From: Phyllosticta citribraziliensis
Lineage: Eukaryota
Direction of reading: 5' to 3'
NCBI RefSeq assembly: GCF_038025025.1
Contig: NW_027117338.1
Coordinates: 3,396,145 to 3,416,144, forward strand
DNA: 20,000 nucleotides
The notes beneath the pieces are model-generated. The model was not told where the DNA came from and searched no databases. It saw only the letters and a list, made by a program, of their open reading frames with translations. Shown here piece after piece: positions 1 through 13,416 of the stretch (positions are counted from its first letter, which is position 1; the number at the start of each line of letters is the position of its first letter). Made by a program: the position numbers and the translations under genes.

Positions 1-1388
1 TCTCCAACGAATGGCAAAGACCACGTAAACACGTCCATGAAGTTCGGGAGCCAGTACGGGTGTGGCGTGCAGTTGAACTGCCGAATGTTCATAACGTTGT
101 TCTCGTACTTGAGTACCGCTGCCTTGTTGTTGTAAACGTCGAGGTAGTTGGGGGCGCTGAAGATGGTCATGACACTGGGGAAGCCAGTGGTCCTCGTCTT
201 GCGGTACATGCGGTATCCGGCATCTTGTGCTTCGTGTGCGCGAATGATGGAGAGCAGATTGTTCTTCTCGAGGAACGCGCAGGCTGCCGGGTAGGAGAAG
301 AAGTATGAGCAGCCGCGGACGTGGTTGTGCACGAAGAATTCCGACGTCTTTTCTTGTCCAAACTCCTCGAGAGGGTCCGCCCAGAGGATATCACACATCA
401 GACCGTGGGTTGGGGGCTCCCGGAAGCGATCAATCTAAGCCAGTCAGAAATGTTCGCCTACTCGATCCAATCCCACTTACGCTCTTCAAATCTTCCAGAG
501 TGTGGAGCTCGGGGCTCAGCCCGCCGTGAATGCAAAGGAATTGCTTGTTCATGACTGCCGCCAGCGGCAGCGCGCAAAACGACTCCATGCACGCCTCGTA
601 GACGGCCTCGCTGTACTTGTGCTTGCATTCGAGCTTGAAGGTAAAGTAGTCTGTCAAATGCCGACATTCGTGGTTACCGCGCAGCAACCAGAGCGTGTTG
701 GGATACCAGATCTTCAAACACCAAAGGTAGAGAACACACTGCGGCGGTCAGCAAAAGCGTGTATGCAAATTCTGGGAGACAAACCTCGATGCTGAAATAG
801 CCTCGATCGACGTAGTCGCCAAGGAACAGGTACCGAGTCTCTGCAGGGTCACCGCCGACCTCGAACAGCTTCATCAAGTCGTAATATTGGCCGTGAACAT
901 CACCGCAGACGGTAATGGGCGCATCCATCTCCAAGAGGTTGGGCTCCGACTTGAGAATCTCTGTACCCTTGCGGATGATCCATAGTGCCTGCTCCTCGGT
1001 CAAACGGCCTTCGCGGTAGAAATGTTGCTTGAGGAAGTTGATGTTGGGTTTGCTGGAGTCGTTGGGAGCCCAGAACTGCTCGGCGGTGGGCGTGTGGACG
1101 GCGGGAGCTTGAACGTCTGATTGCGCACAGTGTCAGCCGACTGCCTGCTGCGATACAAATGTGGCAAACGGAGAGACGAGTAGGTCTTGGTTGCACAGCG
1201 ATCGCGTGCCTCGGGGAGACACAGAGGAAATTCGTACCTTTGCAGACGCGGTCCATCGTGTTCACCTGGGAACCGTCTTCCATTGTGTGGAGTGTAAAGT
1301 CGATCTCAGGGACCGGCTTCTTTTGGTGGACGGCGCGCACAGCATTCTGGATGTACTCTTCGGTGTTCATGGGTTCGTCGGCAGACAT
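1..1388 (-). CDS. cnaA: Calcineurin catalytic subunit A (PP2B), 3'-partial. Exons 1388-1238, 1116-785, 738-481, 434-<1
   Basis: Spliced translation has the PPP motifs GDVHGQ, GDYVDRG and LRGNHE, plus [21 protein letters not shown] and the fungal N-terminus [16 protein letters not shown]. Introns 1117-1237, 739-784 and 435-480 are GT..AG with CTGAC branch sites and keep the frame. Confidence 0.97.
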
Positions 1389-2077
1389 GATGGCGGCGAC
1401 GGGCTCGAACAGCGGAGGAGAGGGTTGTTGGAGAAAAGAGGGGAGCGGTCCCCGTTGGAAGGCAAATCAAGGACTGCTGCTGGAGCTGATGGGCGCCAAT
1501 AATACGAGGGGCTCAGTCAGGAGGAAGCGAAGGAGGGGCAAGGCACAAGCAGCGGAGTCCGAGTGGCAGCGTGCGAGGTCCAGTGGCGACTTGGATATGT
1601 ATGGTCGCGCGCAAATGGTCCTAGGGCGGCGAGGGGGTTGCGGAGGGGGATTGACGAGGAGAGCGAGACGTGTTGGGAAATGAGCGACGGCCAAAGTCCG
1701 AGGGCGTGGTGAGGCTCGGGAAGTGTGTCGATCGTGACAGGGTCCAGGTGTGGCGGTGAAGTCGGGGCAGCCGTTCAGGACAATTGATTATCGTCGGGTG
1801 CTTCAGGTTGGCCCATGGGAAGATGTGTGGTGGGTGTTGGGTGTTGACGGGAGTGACAGGTGTGAGTTGTGGCCCTGCGGCTCTTCCACGACCTCCAGGC
1901 TGTCCTGTCCGGGTGCCTCTGCCCTGCTCTCACCCCTCAGGCTGCCAGCAACCAGCTCCCTTGGCTCCAAGCCACCGCAGCCCAACCCAACCAATCAATC
2001 TGTCCACTGCCCTGTTTCGTCATTGCTTAGCATTCTATTCTCTCTGTTGTCTCTACTCTATTTCTCTACGACTACGT

Positions 2078-3667
2078 CTACAAAAGACTCTGCGCCTCCA
2101 CCACCTTCTCCTGCTTCCACTTATCAAACGAAAACCCCAACTCCTCAATCGTCCTGACCTGCTCTCTAGCCTTGCCCCGCTCTGCAAACGCCTTCTTGAT
2201 GTCTGGAAACCTCTCGCGACACCAATAATGCCACTCGCCCCATCTGGGCGGCGTCTTGCCCCCGGTCCCCTGCGCCGTCATGGCCCAATCGTGCATCGCG
2301 TTAATGTAATCAGCATCGCGCGGAAAAGCGAGCGTGTGAAAGTCGTTGCCATCGCCGTTGACCGCCAGCGTGTGCTCCTCCCACGCCCGCATCTGTGCGT
2401 GCGGTGGCAGCTCGAGGCGGCCGGCATAGGCGCGCGCAATCACGGCGCTCTGGACCTCTGATGTTGGGAAGGGGATGATGCGCTGGTTGAGCACGATGAA
2501 AGACAGCGTCGGGTGTGGCGCGTAAAACGAGTGCTGGTACGTGTTGTGCACCCGCGTCCCGTCCGTCACCAGCGGCGGCGACACGGACGAGAGGAACGGG
2601 AGCGAGTAAAAGTAGCCAGTGCAAAAGATGATGGAGTCGATCGAAGACTCGGAGCTTCCGTCCTCAAAGATTGCAGTCCTCGTGATCGGGTCCAGCTGCT
2701 TGATGGCCGGCACTTCCTTTTTGAAGCTGGGCACTGGGCCTGGCGAGAGATACGACGCTGATTTGATCGAGTTGATCAGAGGCAGCTTGCACTGAGTTGA
2801 AACCTGCGTCCCGATGTCGATGCCGGAGGCGCTGTTTCCGACCACAATCACTTTCTGCCAAGGGTCAGCTTCCTGTCCCTCAGTCGGCGATAGAAACCAT
2901 GCTCACCTTGTCCTTGAACGCTTCGGGGTTCCTATAAAACTTGGAGTGAGTGATGCTTCCGGGGTGTTTTTCGTGCCACTCCTTGATGCCTGGAGCATCA
3001 GGAATAAACGGCACGAAAAAGTGACCGTTTGCAACAACGACGGCGTCGAAGACCTCCTCCTTTTCCTCGCCCGACACGACGCCCTTCGTCTTGACGCTCC
3101 ACTGCTCCTTCAACGCACCTTGGTCCACCTTGGAATCAAGTAGCCGAACATCGAGCACCTGAGTCTCAAACTGGACCAGATGATTTACGTCCTCTGCATA
3201 ACGAGCGAGGTAGTCCTTGATGGTGGGGTGCTTGGGAAACAGCTGGCTCTCCTCGGGCATCTCAAGATCCGAGAAACGCATCAGCTGCTTCGGGATGTTG
3301 GTCTCGAGCAAGTCATAGACGGGCGAGAGGAACTGGGGATTTTTCCCCTGGCCGTCACGCCATATGGGCTTCTCGAGGTCATCTCTGGTCGGGCGCGTCT
3401 TGGGCACGGCGAAGCTTCCATCGTCCGTGTCTTCGGGCGTGTAGTTCCAGAGGCCGCCAGGAGCGCTGCGCTGCTCAAAGGCGACGATGCGCTTGAACTT
3501 GTTCTCGGCGCTCAGGTACCTGGAGAGGCGTGAGCAGGGAGCGTCGCAAGTCGCACCAGCTGGTCGAGAGTAGGTACCTACTTAAGAGCCGCGAGTCCGC
3601 TCGGACCAGCTCCGATGACGGCAATGTTTTGGACGTTGAAGTTGATGTTTGACGAAGTGGTGGCCAT
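2078..3667 (-). CDS. Flavin-containing (thiol-specific, Fmo1-like) monooxygenase, ~491 aa. Exons 3667-3582, 3519-2907, 2854-2078
   Basis: FAD-binding IAVIGAGPSG, FEQR..PGGLWNY, FMO signature-like HPGSITHSKFYR, NADPH-binding VIVVGNSASG and IIFCTGY. Introns 3520-3581 and 2855-2906 restore one 1476-nt frame. Confidence 0.93.
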
Positions 3668-4146
3668 GGTGCGAACGGCGCGTGCTGTTTTCGACAGTAG
3701 CATATGCAGAATGCAATGATTGTGTAACAAAGCCCCAGTCTAGGGTATTCAACGCCCGCCAAATGCTGGAGGGTCACGACTGAAGAGAGAGAAGAGAGGG
3801 AGTCAGCAGAAGAAGAGGAACACCGCACCGAGCAATCAGACGATGCAGAGATATATGGGTCAAGCAGGCCACGCTCGCCCGAGTCAGACTATCACGACAT
3901 CGGCTTCAGGTCGGCTGCCCTCGGCCGACTTCTTCACTTCCTCACTTATCGATAGCGGCTGGCGTCATGAATTATAGCAGGCAGTCGACTGGAGCTGGGG
4001 AGCAGAGCATTCTCCATCCGACGCGCGGGTCTTCTCCAGGATGTCCCCATCTCTAGCTCCTCAAGCTTCCGCCCCGCGGCCCGCCAGTGCCCTCTCCGCA
4101 GGCTATCGGATACCGCCAGTTTAAAAGCTTCCCTTGTCCCTCCACC

Positions 4147-5278
4147 ATGTTGTCTGCTCTACGCTTCTTCACTCCTCTTGCAGCTCGTCGGACTTTTTCC
4201 ACCACAACTGCCACCATGGCCAACAAACTGCGCATCGGCTTCGTGCCCGGTAAGCCTGACAGTATCTTGCATCGCGCTGCGCCTGCTAACTTTTTCTCAG
4301 AACACTTCTCCACACCGCTCCATTTTGCCCACAAGCACTTTGGACTCAAGGCCGACCTTGTGCCTTTTCCTTCGGGAACCGGCCACATGATACAGTCGCT
4401 ACAGGCAAATGAGATTGACGTGGGAATTGGCTTGACCGAGGGCTGGGTGAATGGCATCGGCGACGCCATTGCAAACAAAGGCAGTGCCGACGCTGCTGGC
4501 TACAAGTTGGTTGGTACCTACGTCGAGACGCCTCTGTGCTGGGCCATCAGCACTGGCAAGGACCGCGAGCTCAAGGGCGTCGAGGAGCTGCGAGGAAAGA
4601 AGATTGGCGTCAGTCGCATTGGAAGGTACATCACAGCGGCAGTCAGACCATGTTGGAGAATTAAATTGATTGATTGGCAGTGGCTCCTATGTCATGGGCT
4701 TCGTCCTCGCCGACAAGCACGGCTGGCTTGCAGACTCCAAGCCCGGAGAGGCTCCGTTCGACGTCGTCCCTCTCAACACCTTTGCCAAGCTGCGGGAGGC
4801 GGTCAACGATGGCACTGCTGGTGGGTTGAGCTAATTATGCCCCACCGCGCTTGAACTAACTCATTCCTTAGACTTCTTCATGTGGGAACACTTCACCTCC
4901 AAGCGCTACTACGACAACGGCGAGATCAAGCGCATTGGGGAGATCTACACGCCATGGCCGAGCTGGCACATTGTTGCGCGCGATCCCGAGGACGAGAGGA
5001 TGCAGGGCATGAGCGATGCCATTAACAAGGGTATCGAGTACTATGGTGAACACCGGCAGGAGGCGATTGAGTACATCTCAACGCACCTCGACTACTCCGC
5101 CGAGGACGCAAAGGAGTGGACCAAGACCGTCAGGTTTGCCGAGGACGTCAGGGGCGTCGATCCCGCTGTCATTGAAAAGACGATTGACATTCTGGCCAAG
5201 GCCGGAAGGCTGGACGCTTCCAAGAGCGGCGTGGAGCACATGGTGGCCATCAAGCGGGCCGAGAGAGCCAGCAAGTAA
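4147..5278 (+). CDS. Periplasmic-binding-protein-like II (SsuA/NMT1/THI5-like, Ca3427-type) protein, ~324 aa. Exons 4147-4249, 4301-4625, 4681-4820, 4872-5278
   Basis: Spliced protein has LRIGFVPEHFSTP, FPSGTGHMI, GLTEGW, IGVSRIGSGSYVM and ADFFMWEHFTSK..IYTPWPSW. Three GT..AG introns give a 975-nt frame. A second in-frame ATG lies at 4216. Confidence 0.85.
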
Positions 5279-5346
5279 ATCAAAAGGGCAGTGTTGAATA
5301 AAAGTCGTCTTTCTCCCGGTAATCGTGTGCCTGACCCAAAGCTGCA

Positions 5347-6261
5347 TTATGCCTCAGCTGGAGCTGCCGTCTTTTTTCCGCCGCCTGCGATCAAGTCGAG
5401 GAAACCCTTTTTGCTCATCTCCGTGACCTTCTCCTCTCGTTTGTCAATGCCGACCACGCCAGTCTTCTTGGCCTCTCGTGCTGCCTGTTCTCCCTTGACC
5501 TGCGCGGCACGGACTGCATTGAACAGCTTGACAACACCCCTCTGTGCCGTCTTCTTCAGCCTCTTCTCTTCCTCTTGAATCCGCTGCGTCGAAACATCCG
5601 TTGTCTGCAGTCCCATCACATCCTTGACGCGACCCTTTTCCAACTGCGCCTTCTTTTCATCCCGCATCTTTCCCTTTGCTTTGGCCTCGAGTTTGGCATC
5701 GGCCATACCCCTGCCTGCATCATGCGCAATCTTGCTGCGCGAGAGAATCGGGTCCGCGCGTTTCGTAGTCGTAAGTTTTGAGCCCAAAATCTTTTGCATC
5801 GAAGTCGCAAACGCGTCCGGGTCGTTCCGCTTCTTCTTGTTCCGATTGGCTGCATTGCTAGAGCCCCCATCCGACAAGGAGCCCTCTGAGCCATCCTCTG
5901 ACGCCTCCTCGTCCGAGTCCATCTCCACGTCGCCCTCTAGCTCCTCTTCTGAAAATTCATCGTTGGCGGCAGCGTCGTCTGACTCGTCGTCGGCGCTTTG
6001 CGGCTCCGGTGCGGCAACCTCGACCTTTTTGGTGTGGTTTGGGACGGGCTGCGCCTCTGATTTCGACTCGGACTCTGGGGCTGGCTGTTGTCTTGTTGTT
6101 GTTGCTTTGGGCGCTTCTTCTGCCGCACTTTCTTCGTCGCCGGAGCTGTGGTAGAAGGTCGGATTCTTGATCCTCCTGACGCGTTTGGTGGAGCTGTTGC
6201 GGTTCTGCTCCGTCCTTCTCCTCTTCAACGCGACTGGCGTCCTGGAAGGATGTGCGGGCAT
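5347..6261 (-). CDS. RRP15: 60S ribosome biogenesis protein Rrp15, ~304 aa (start uncertain; alternative ATGs at 6297 and 6417)
   Basis: Acidic N-terminal half followed by DPILSRS, EKRLKKTAQRGVVKLFNAVRAAQ and EMSKKGFLDLI, typical of the Rrp15 domain. Confidence 0.9.
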   Translation of the reverse strand: MPAHPSRTPVALKRRRTEQNRNSSTKRVRRIKNPTFYHSSGDEESAAEEAPKATTTRQQPAPESESKSEAQPVPNHTKKVEVAAPEPQSADDESDDAAANDEFSEEELEGDVEMDSDEEASEDGSEGSLSDGGSSNAANRNKKKRNDPDAFATSMQKILGSKLTTTKRADPILSRSKIAHDAGRGMADAKLEAKAKGKMRDEKKAQLEKGRVKDVMGLQTTDVSTQRIQEEEKRLKKTAQRGVVKLFNAVRAAQVKGEQAAREAKKTGVVGIDKREEKVTEMSKKGFLDLIAGGGKKTAAPAEA

Positions 6262-6495
6262 TGTGACGATTTTGCGTTGTGAGGTGGTGGTGTTCATGCT
6301 GGAGCAGTCGGGGTCGTGGACCGAAATTTTGGGCACGTCCTCGGCAGAATGCCAACCCCGGAAAGGCGGTGAGTGGTCCAGCTCCGCACCGCTCCCCGCG
6401 TCAGCCAGCCAGTGCATTTCCAGTCGACGTTGAGATTCCTCCCCCACGACTTCGATACCTCTACTTCTACTTTACCCTCCGCCCACCTCTCCACC

Positions 6496-8214
<1,719 letters not shown>

Positions 8215-8720
8215 GACTAGTGAGCGTTCGACCTACAACCCCCTTACCCCTCCGCCATCCTTCTCTTCCTGGCATCTCTGTCTTTTTATCTCTTTTTTTC
8301 TATCACGACCACGAAGTTTCGGTCAGCGGCAGGCATCAAAGACCTTGTTGTCTCCATGTACCATTTTGTGCATAATCTACCAGCAGATTCGGCGTTGAGG
8401 CAGGCGGGACAAATCGAGGGTGTTTTGGGGCCAGGCCCGAAGGAAATGCGATTTGGATTGCTTCGACTCTAGCGTCCTTCTGCGTATAGGAAGAAATGGG
8501 AAGTCACAGCACTGTGGCCGAGTATGAGGAGGCTTCGTTCACACACAGCTTCGTCGAGGGAGTTTCTATCCATCACCAAGACTACATCCACAGAGCTTTC
8601 CTTTCTTCAGGACTACCGTTCGTTGCTCGCTATGAGAAGGGATCTTTTTTACAGAGTGGAGAGCTACAGACACATTGTTTTGCTCCTTATCATTTGCCTC
8701 TTTCCCCGACTTCTCGATCT

Positions 8721-10183
8721 TTACGCAGAGGATGACGGCACATCATCCCACCACGGATCCGCCAAAATCTCAGCAGCAGAAGCCCTCTCAGACGGCTCCA
8801 ACCGCATCAGCCTTTCGATAAGCTTGCTCACTCGATTGATGTCCTTCATCGAAAAAACGTCCGCCTCGTCCTCGTCGTAATGCTCGTCGAAGTAACTCTT
8901 CCGCAACTCATGCGCGACTGTGTTTTCATAGATGCGATGATATTCCTTGACATAGTCTTCCTCTCTGAACATGCGCCTCTGCTTCTTGAACGCCTGCCAC
9001 TCCTCTTGCCAGCTCTCCGGGATCTCTCTAGAGATTCTGTCGAGGGTCTCCATGAGCTGCCACCGGTCTGTTGCATTTGAGCTGGAACATTCGCTGCCCG
9101 GTGATGAGCTCGTAGAGCAACGCACCCATGCTCCACAAATCCATTCGGTGGTCGAGCAGGTCGCCAAATGTGACTTCGGGCGCTTGCACGATGGCTTGCC
9201 CCCTGGATATCCGTTCGACGTTGATATTTTTTGGAGGCTTCTCGTTGCTCGGGAATGCTTCGCCGAAGTTGACGATCTTGATAGGTTGCGACGGCATGTC
9301 GAGACTTTGTGGAAACCGAGCTGGCTCCATGATGTACTTGGGAATTCCTGGATCGAGCGGTTTGCCGTCTCGTCTCAATACTTCAGACGTGTTGATCCCT
9401 CCGAGCGCCTCGCAGAACTCTTCTTCGCCCAAGTGATCCATCGCGGGGAGAGTGAAGGCCATAGTTCCTGTGCGGACGTCTGTTCCAGGTCAGAAAAATG
9501 TCTTGTCGAGTAAGAAGTGGTTTTCGACATACCTCCGTGCACAATACCTCTTTTGTGCAGATAGTCAAGAGCTTGAAGAGCTCCCTTCGCAATCCTTTTC
9601 GCAACTGAGGCTGGAAGTCTCGAAAATCGCCGCTCGAAGTACTCTTCTAAATCTTGGCCATGGAGTTCAAAAACGAAGCAGTCGTGCTGACCGTTTGGTC
9701 CTGCGATTTTGAACAGATCGAGCATTTGAATCACATGCTGACTTCTGGGATGCTCTCGATGGGATTTTGCCAGCGCACGCATGACTTCGGCTTCTCGTCG
9801 CTGCCCCTTTCGAATCGCACAAATTTTCAAGGCAACGTATTTGTTTTCTCTGAAAACCTGTCAGCTTATGGGTAGACAGAAAAGAGCTATCAAACCAACC
9901 TCCGGTCCCTCGCAGCCCAGGCAGTATAATGAGGTCCAACTCCAAGCTTGTGCAGTATCTTGTATCGTCCATCCTGAATGGTATCACCGAGTAGGACGGG
10001 ATAGAGACTGCACTGCCCCAAGTATCGCTCAGGTCTCTCAGCATTTTTGAAAGCGGCATTGAAAGTATTGTGATAAAAGCCAGTCTTTGAATACTGGAGA
10101 TGTCTCGTGAGATTTTGTAGGACGCTTATTTCCCTCCATACGAGCCACAGCCGTTTGTGGGCTGCGAATTCTTCGTTCACCAT
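8721..10183 (-). pseudogene. SRPK/CMGC-like protein kinase (fungal expanded family), frameshifted and catalytically degenerate. Introns 9850-9899 and 9480-9532; frameshift near 9060-9090
   Basis: RYKILHKLG, ARDRRENKYVALKI, HGD, APE and DLWSMG are present. The C-lobe end (LMRLEPSERASAAEILADPW) is in a different frame from GQRMF. DFG reads NFG and the catalytic-loop Asn reads Thr. Confidence 0.78.
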
Positions 10184-12001
10184 GCATCCAACGCTCTTGT
10201 GTACTTGCTTTACTTCTTATGGCGCGTTCCAACCGAGATACTGGACAAAACGACGCAATGGAGTGACGAGCGGAGAGAATATATTTTCGGCGAGCAGGTA
10301 ATGCGAAGAGAAAGAAGGGTAGACAGCATCTTATAAGGCACACTTTGGCCTTTGGTACGTGTACAGTACCTCAAGCATGTGTTGAGTCACAAGCCTTGTC
10401 GTCCGCGGCCAAGTCTCCCCTCCCCTGAGTTCCGCCGCGAACACTCCCCCCTCTGCTCACCAGCAGCTTCTTACGCCAAAACTTCGGACCACCACATCAA
10501 CGAACCATAGGTGAGTCGACCAGAATCCACTGGTAGGCGGCGTTCTCAAGGAATCCTAGTGCAGCGTCTTTTGAACCAAGTTGCTCATTTTCGCAGCGGC
10601 CGCTTGAGACCCACACAAGTCGTCTACGGAGCATTCCTTCCGCCACACAGTAAACTCTTCATCGAGGTTTGAATCTTCTCGTGACGCTGGTGTCTGTTGA
10701 TGGCAGGTTGATCGATTTCTTGGTTTCCTTGCCATGGCGATGTTGGCCCGCACAATCAAGGAATCGTGCCGGCGGATGTCTCAGCCGAGTGCTGTTTGAG
10801 GTATGGGTCGGTAATACGCTGGGAGCACTTGAGACCCTCAAAACATGGCTAAAGACACACTCCCACAGCCATTAGACTAGCGTCGCGTTGAACTTTGGTG
10901 CTGGACATCCGCAGGTGATGCCACGACTGTGGGTTATGTCGCCATCCTACTCTCCACGCCATCCCTGAATGCTCCCTTTCGCCGTACAGGCTTTTCTGCC
11001 CCATCTGCGTGCTTCCCAAGTTCGCTGGCGCCCGAAGCAACATCTCCTTTTCGCATGTCTTCCCCAGCATCGCCCGCGTACCGCCGATACTCGAACCACG
11101 CGTCCAAGACCTCGAAATCGGCATCTGACGCGCTCAAGCTGTCCCGCTCGCTGATGAGCCGCGCTTTGGCTTCCCGGTAGACATTTTCGGCGACGTTGGA
11201 GAAGATTTTGCCGCTGCGGTGCGTCAGAAGGTGTTCAGTGAAGGTGGTAGAGGGAGGGCCGCTTACTTCCAAAAGCTGCGCGCTTTCTTCTCCTGCGCAA
11301 GTTGGTGTTCGAAGAGCTGCGCCGTTATGGGAGACATGTCGCGGCGATTTGGTGCGTTTGTTCTCGGACTCGCAAGCGGGTAGAAAGTTGTGTCGCGCCT
11401 CGGAGGACCAGACTTCTGTTCCAAATGGCCGGTGGTGAGCTCTGTCGGCAGGACCTGATCCAGCGAGCAGTATGTTTTTCAGTTTGGTTTGGAGGACAGT
11501 GGACAACGTAGTCATGGAATAGCGTGGGGAGACCTGCAAGTCGTGCTCTGGTGATACGCGCCCTCGGTGGTGTTTGGTGGTACGCGTCTCAACAGAGGGA
11601 ACACGAGACAACGCGGACACGGCTGAGACAAGACCAACAATTCTAGTAAAGAGTCGCGCTGTACCTGCCTTTGCAATTGAGAGAACAAGACATCAAGTGG
11701 CGGGTGGGCATCGAAGAAAGGTTGGACGAATGCAAACGCCAGAAAGTCGAACTCTTCGACTTGGTCATGCGCGATGCTGCTGTAACGTTCATAAGCGGGT
11801 CCCTGCAGGCTACGACCAGCCACTTGTGACACAAACTCTGCTGAATAGTATTGGCCGGCTTCGAAACTGTCATTCGACAGGACAATCAATGATCGATCAT
11901 GTGAAGGAGTAGAGTTTTTTGGACCCATAACCTCATCAGTCCATTCTCGTGCTGCTCTGCCTAAGCCGTATGAATTCGGGGCCACCTGACCATCAAGAAA
12001 C

Positions 12002-13381
12002 TCAATTGCGCATCCTGTTGGCAACCCATCTCTTCAAGACAAACTCCCGGACCTTGAACCTTTTCAAAAGCGCCCCAATGTCGGCTTCACTTCCGGCGCC
12101 GTTTTCGAGCGGAGGCGGGACATCAACGTAGACCATGACCAAAGTCTTGAGCACGTTGCTCTGGACGCGGCTGGCACAGTACAGCCACCACCAAGGGTTT
12201 TGCTCGGGCTTCTCCTTGTCATCCCAGTAAGAATGCGAGTAGGAGGGGACGATTTGAACGGCGAATTCGGCGTGCGAAAAGACCGGACCGCGGTTGTAGA
12301 TCATAAAGTCGACCGAGAACTTGACACCGTCGCGAACTACCCAGCCACGCGACCTGAAGTGGTGGTAGACGACGTATTTGAGCAGGAAAGAGTCGTCCGG
12401 GCGGAGGGCGGCTGTCTCAGCGGGAGGGAAATAGGAGAGAGAACGACAGAGACGGAAAAAATGCTGCACGTCGATACTCTCGTGTGTCTTTGGGTCGACG
12501 ATGTCGAGCACGCCAAGACCGTAGGTAAGGAAGAAGGCCTCCTCGAGGGCCAGTTGGAGATGCTCTTCGTTTTGCAGAGGGTCCTCAGAGGCAGTTTGGG
12601 TTGCCTCTTGCTGACCAATTGGGACCGTGGGCGGGTTTGCAGAGACAGTCGAAGACGGTGCTCCGAGTTGAGCCTCATTTCCGTTCATCGAAGCAGCGCC
12701 AGGAGCAGTCGTGCTTGGCGAAGTCGAGATGTCTTGACGGGCGGCAACAGCAGCGACAGTCGGCTCGTCGACAAGTTTGCCCTCCTTGCGCAGCTGTTCT
12801 TCGATTGCCTCCCGTTCCTTTCGAGCTCTCTCATTCTTGAAATCCCTCCTCTCCTGCCGCCTTTTCTGGGTATAGTCCTCGGCAAGAAGCTGCCCCGACG
12901 TTCCTCGTCGATTCTTCTCGCGGTCCAGCCAGGTAGGCTCGCTGCGACTCAGGCTGCCTTTTCCGAAAAAGCCTTGTTCCCAGAGAGCGCGGACACTTTC
13001 CCAGTCTGTGACGTGAACTGATTGAGTCTCGTATGAGAGGTAGGCGATATGGCGTTTTGGTGGGTGGGAGGGCGGCGGAAAGAAGTATTGGGACACCATC
13101 AGGTAGGCGACATGCAGTAGGGAGAGCGGATTGTGTGGCACGAAAGCTGGTAGTGGATAGGTCACAATGGGCAGTGGTCGCTCATGAATCTGGGCATAGT
13201 TCGGCCTCTTTGGACGTCTGGGAGCTGCCGGATTCGGAGCTGACTTGGAACTTGTGGTTTGAGAATCTTGTCCATTGGAATTTCCAGCTACATGGCCATT
13301 TCCCTCTTCCTGGGCTTTGTGACTCGACGATCCGTTGGCCGGCGTCATCTCGCCAGCCAGCGCTGTTGTAGCGTCGCCCAT
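12002..13381 (-). CDS. SEN2: tRNA-splicing endonuclease catalytic subunit Sen2, ~459 aa
   Basis: LWEQGFFGKGSLSRSEPTW, EHLQLALEEAFFL and YVVYHHFRSRGWVVRDGVKFSVDFMIYNRGPVFSHAEF..VLKTL with the Tyr/His/Lys catalytic residues. Confidence 0.95.
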   Translation of the reverse strand: MGDATTALAGEMTPANGSSSHKAQEEGNGHVAGNSNGQDSQTTSSKSAPNPAAPRRPKRPNYAQIHERPLPIVTYPLPAFVPHNPLSLLHVAYLMVSQYFFPPPSHPPKRHIAYLSYETQSVHVTDWESVRALWEQGFFGKGSLSRSEPTWLDREKNRRGTSGQLLAEDYTQKRRQERRDFKNERARKEREAIEEQLRKEGKLVDEPTVAAVAARQDISTSPSTTAPGAASMNGNEAQLGAPSSTVSANPPTVPIGQQEATQTASEDPLQNEEHLQLALEEAFFLTYGLGVLDIVDPKTHESIDVQHFFRLCRSLSYFPPAETAALRPDDSFLLKYVVYHHFRSRGWVVRDGVKFSVDFMIYNRGPVFSHAEFAVQIVPSYSHSYWDDKEKPEQNPWWWLYCASRVQSNVLKTLVMVYVDVPPPLENGAGSEADIGALLKRFKVREFVLKRWVANRMRN

Positions 13382-13416
13382 GGCTAAGGTTGCAGCGGAG
13401 ATGCAAAAATCGAAGC

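Noticed and set aside
1709..1720. GAGGCT Crz1-like site upstream of calcineurin
   Set aside because: A single 6-mer is not distinguishable from chance.
3944..3956. Paired GATA motif (CTTATCGATAG) between the FMO and binding-protein genes; similar pair near 16400
   Set aside because: Short motifs with no conservation evidence, so no regulator can be assigned.
9030..9095. A 52-nt GT..AG intron that would repair the kinase frameshift
   Set aside because: Poor donor (GTTCCA), no good branch site, and it would delete the conserved Phe and the following helix.
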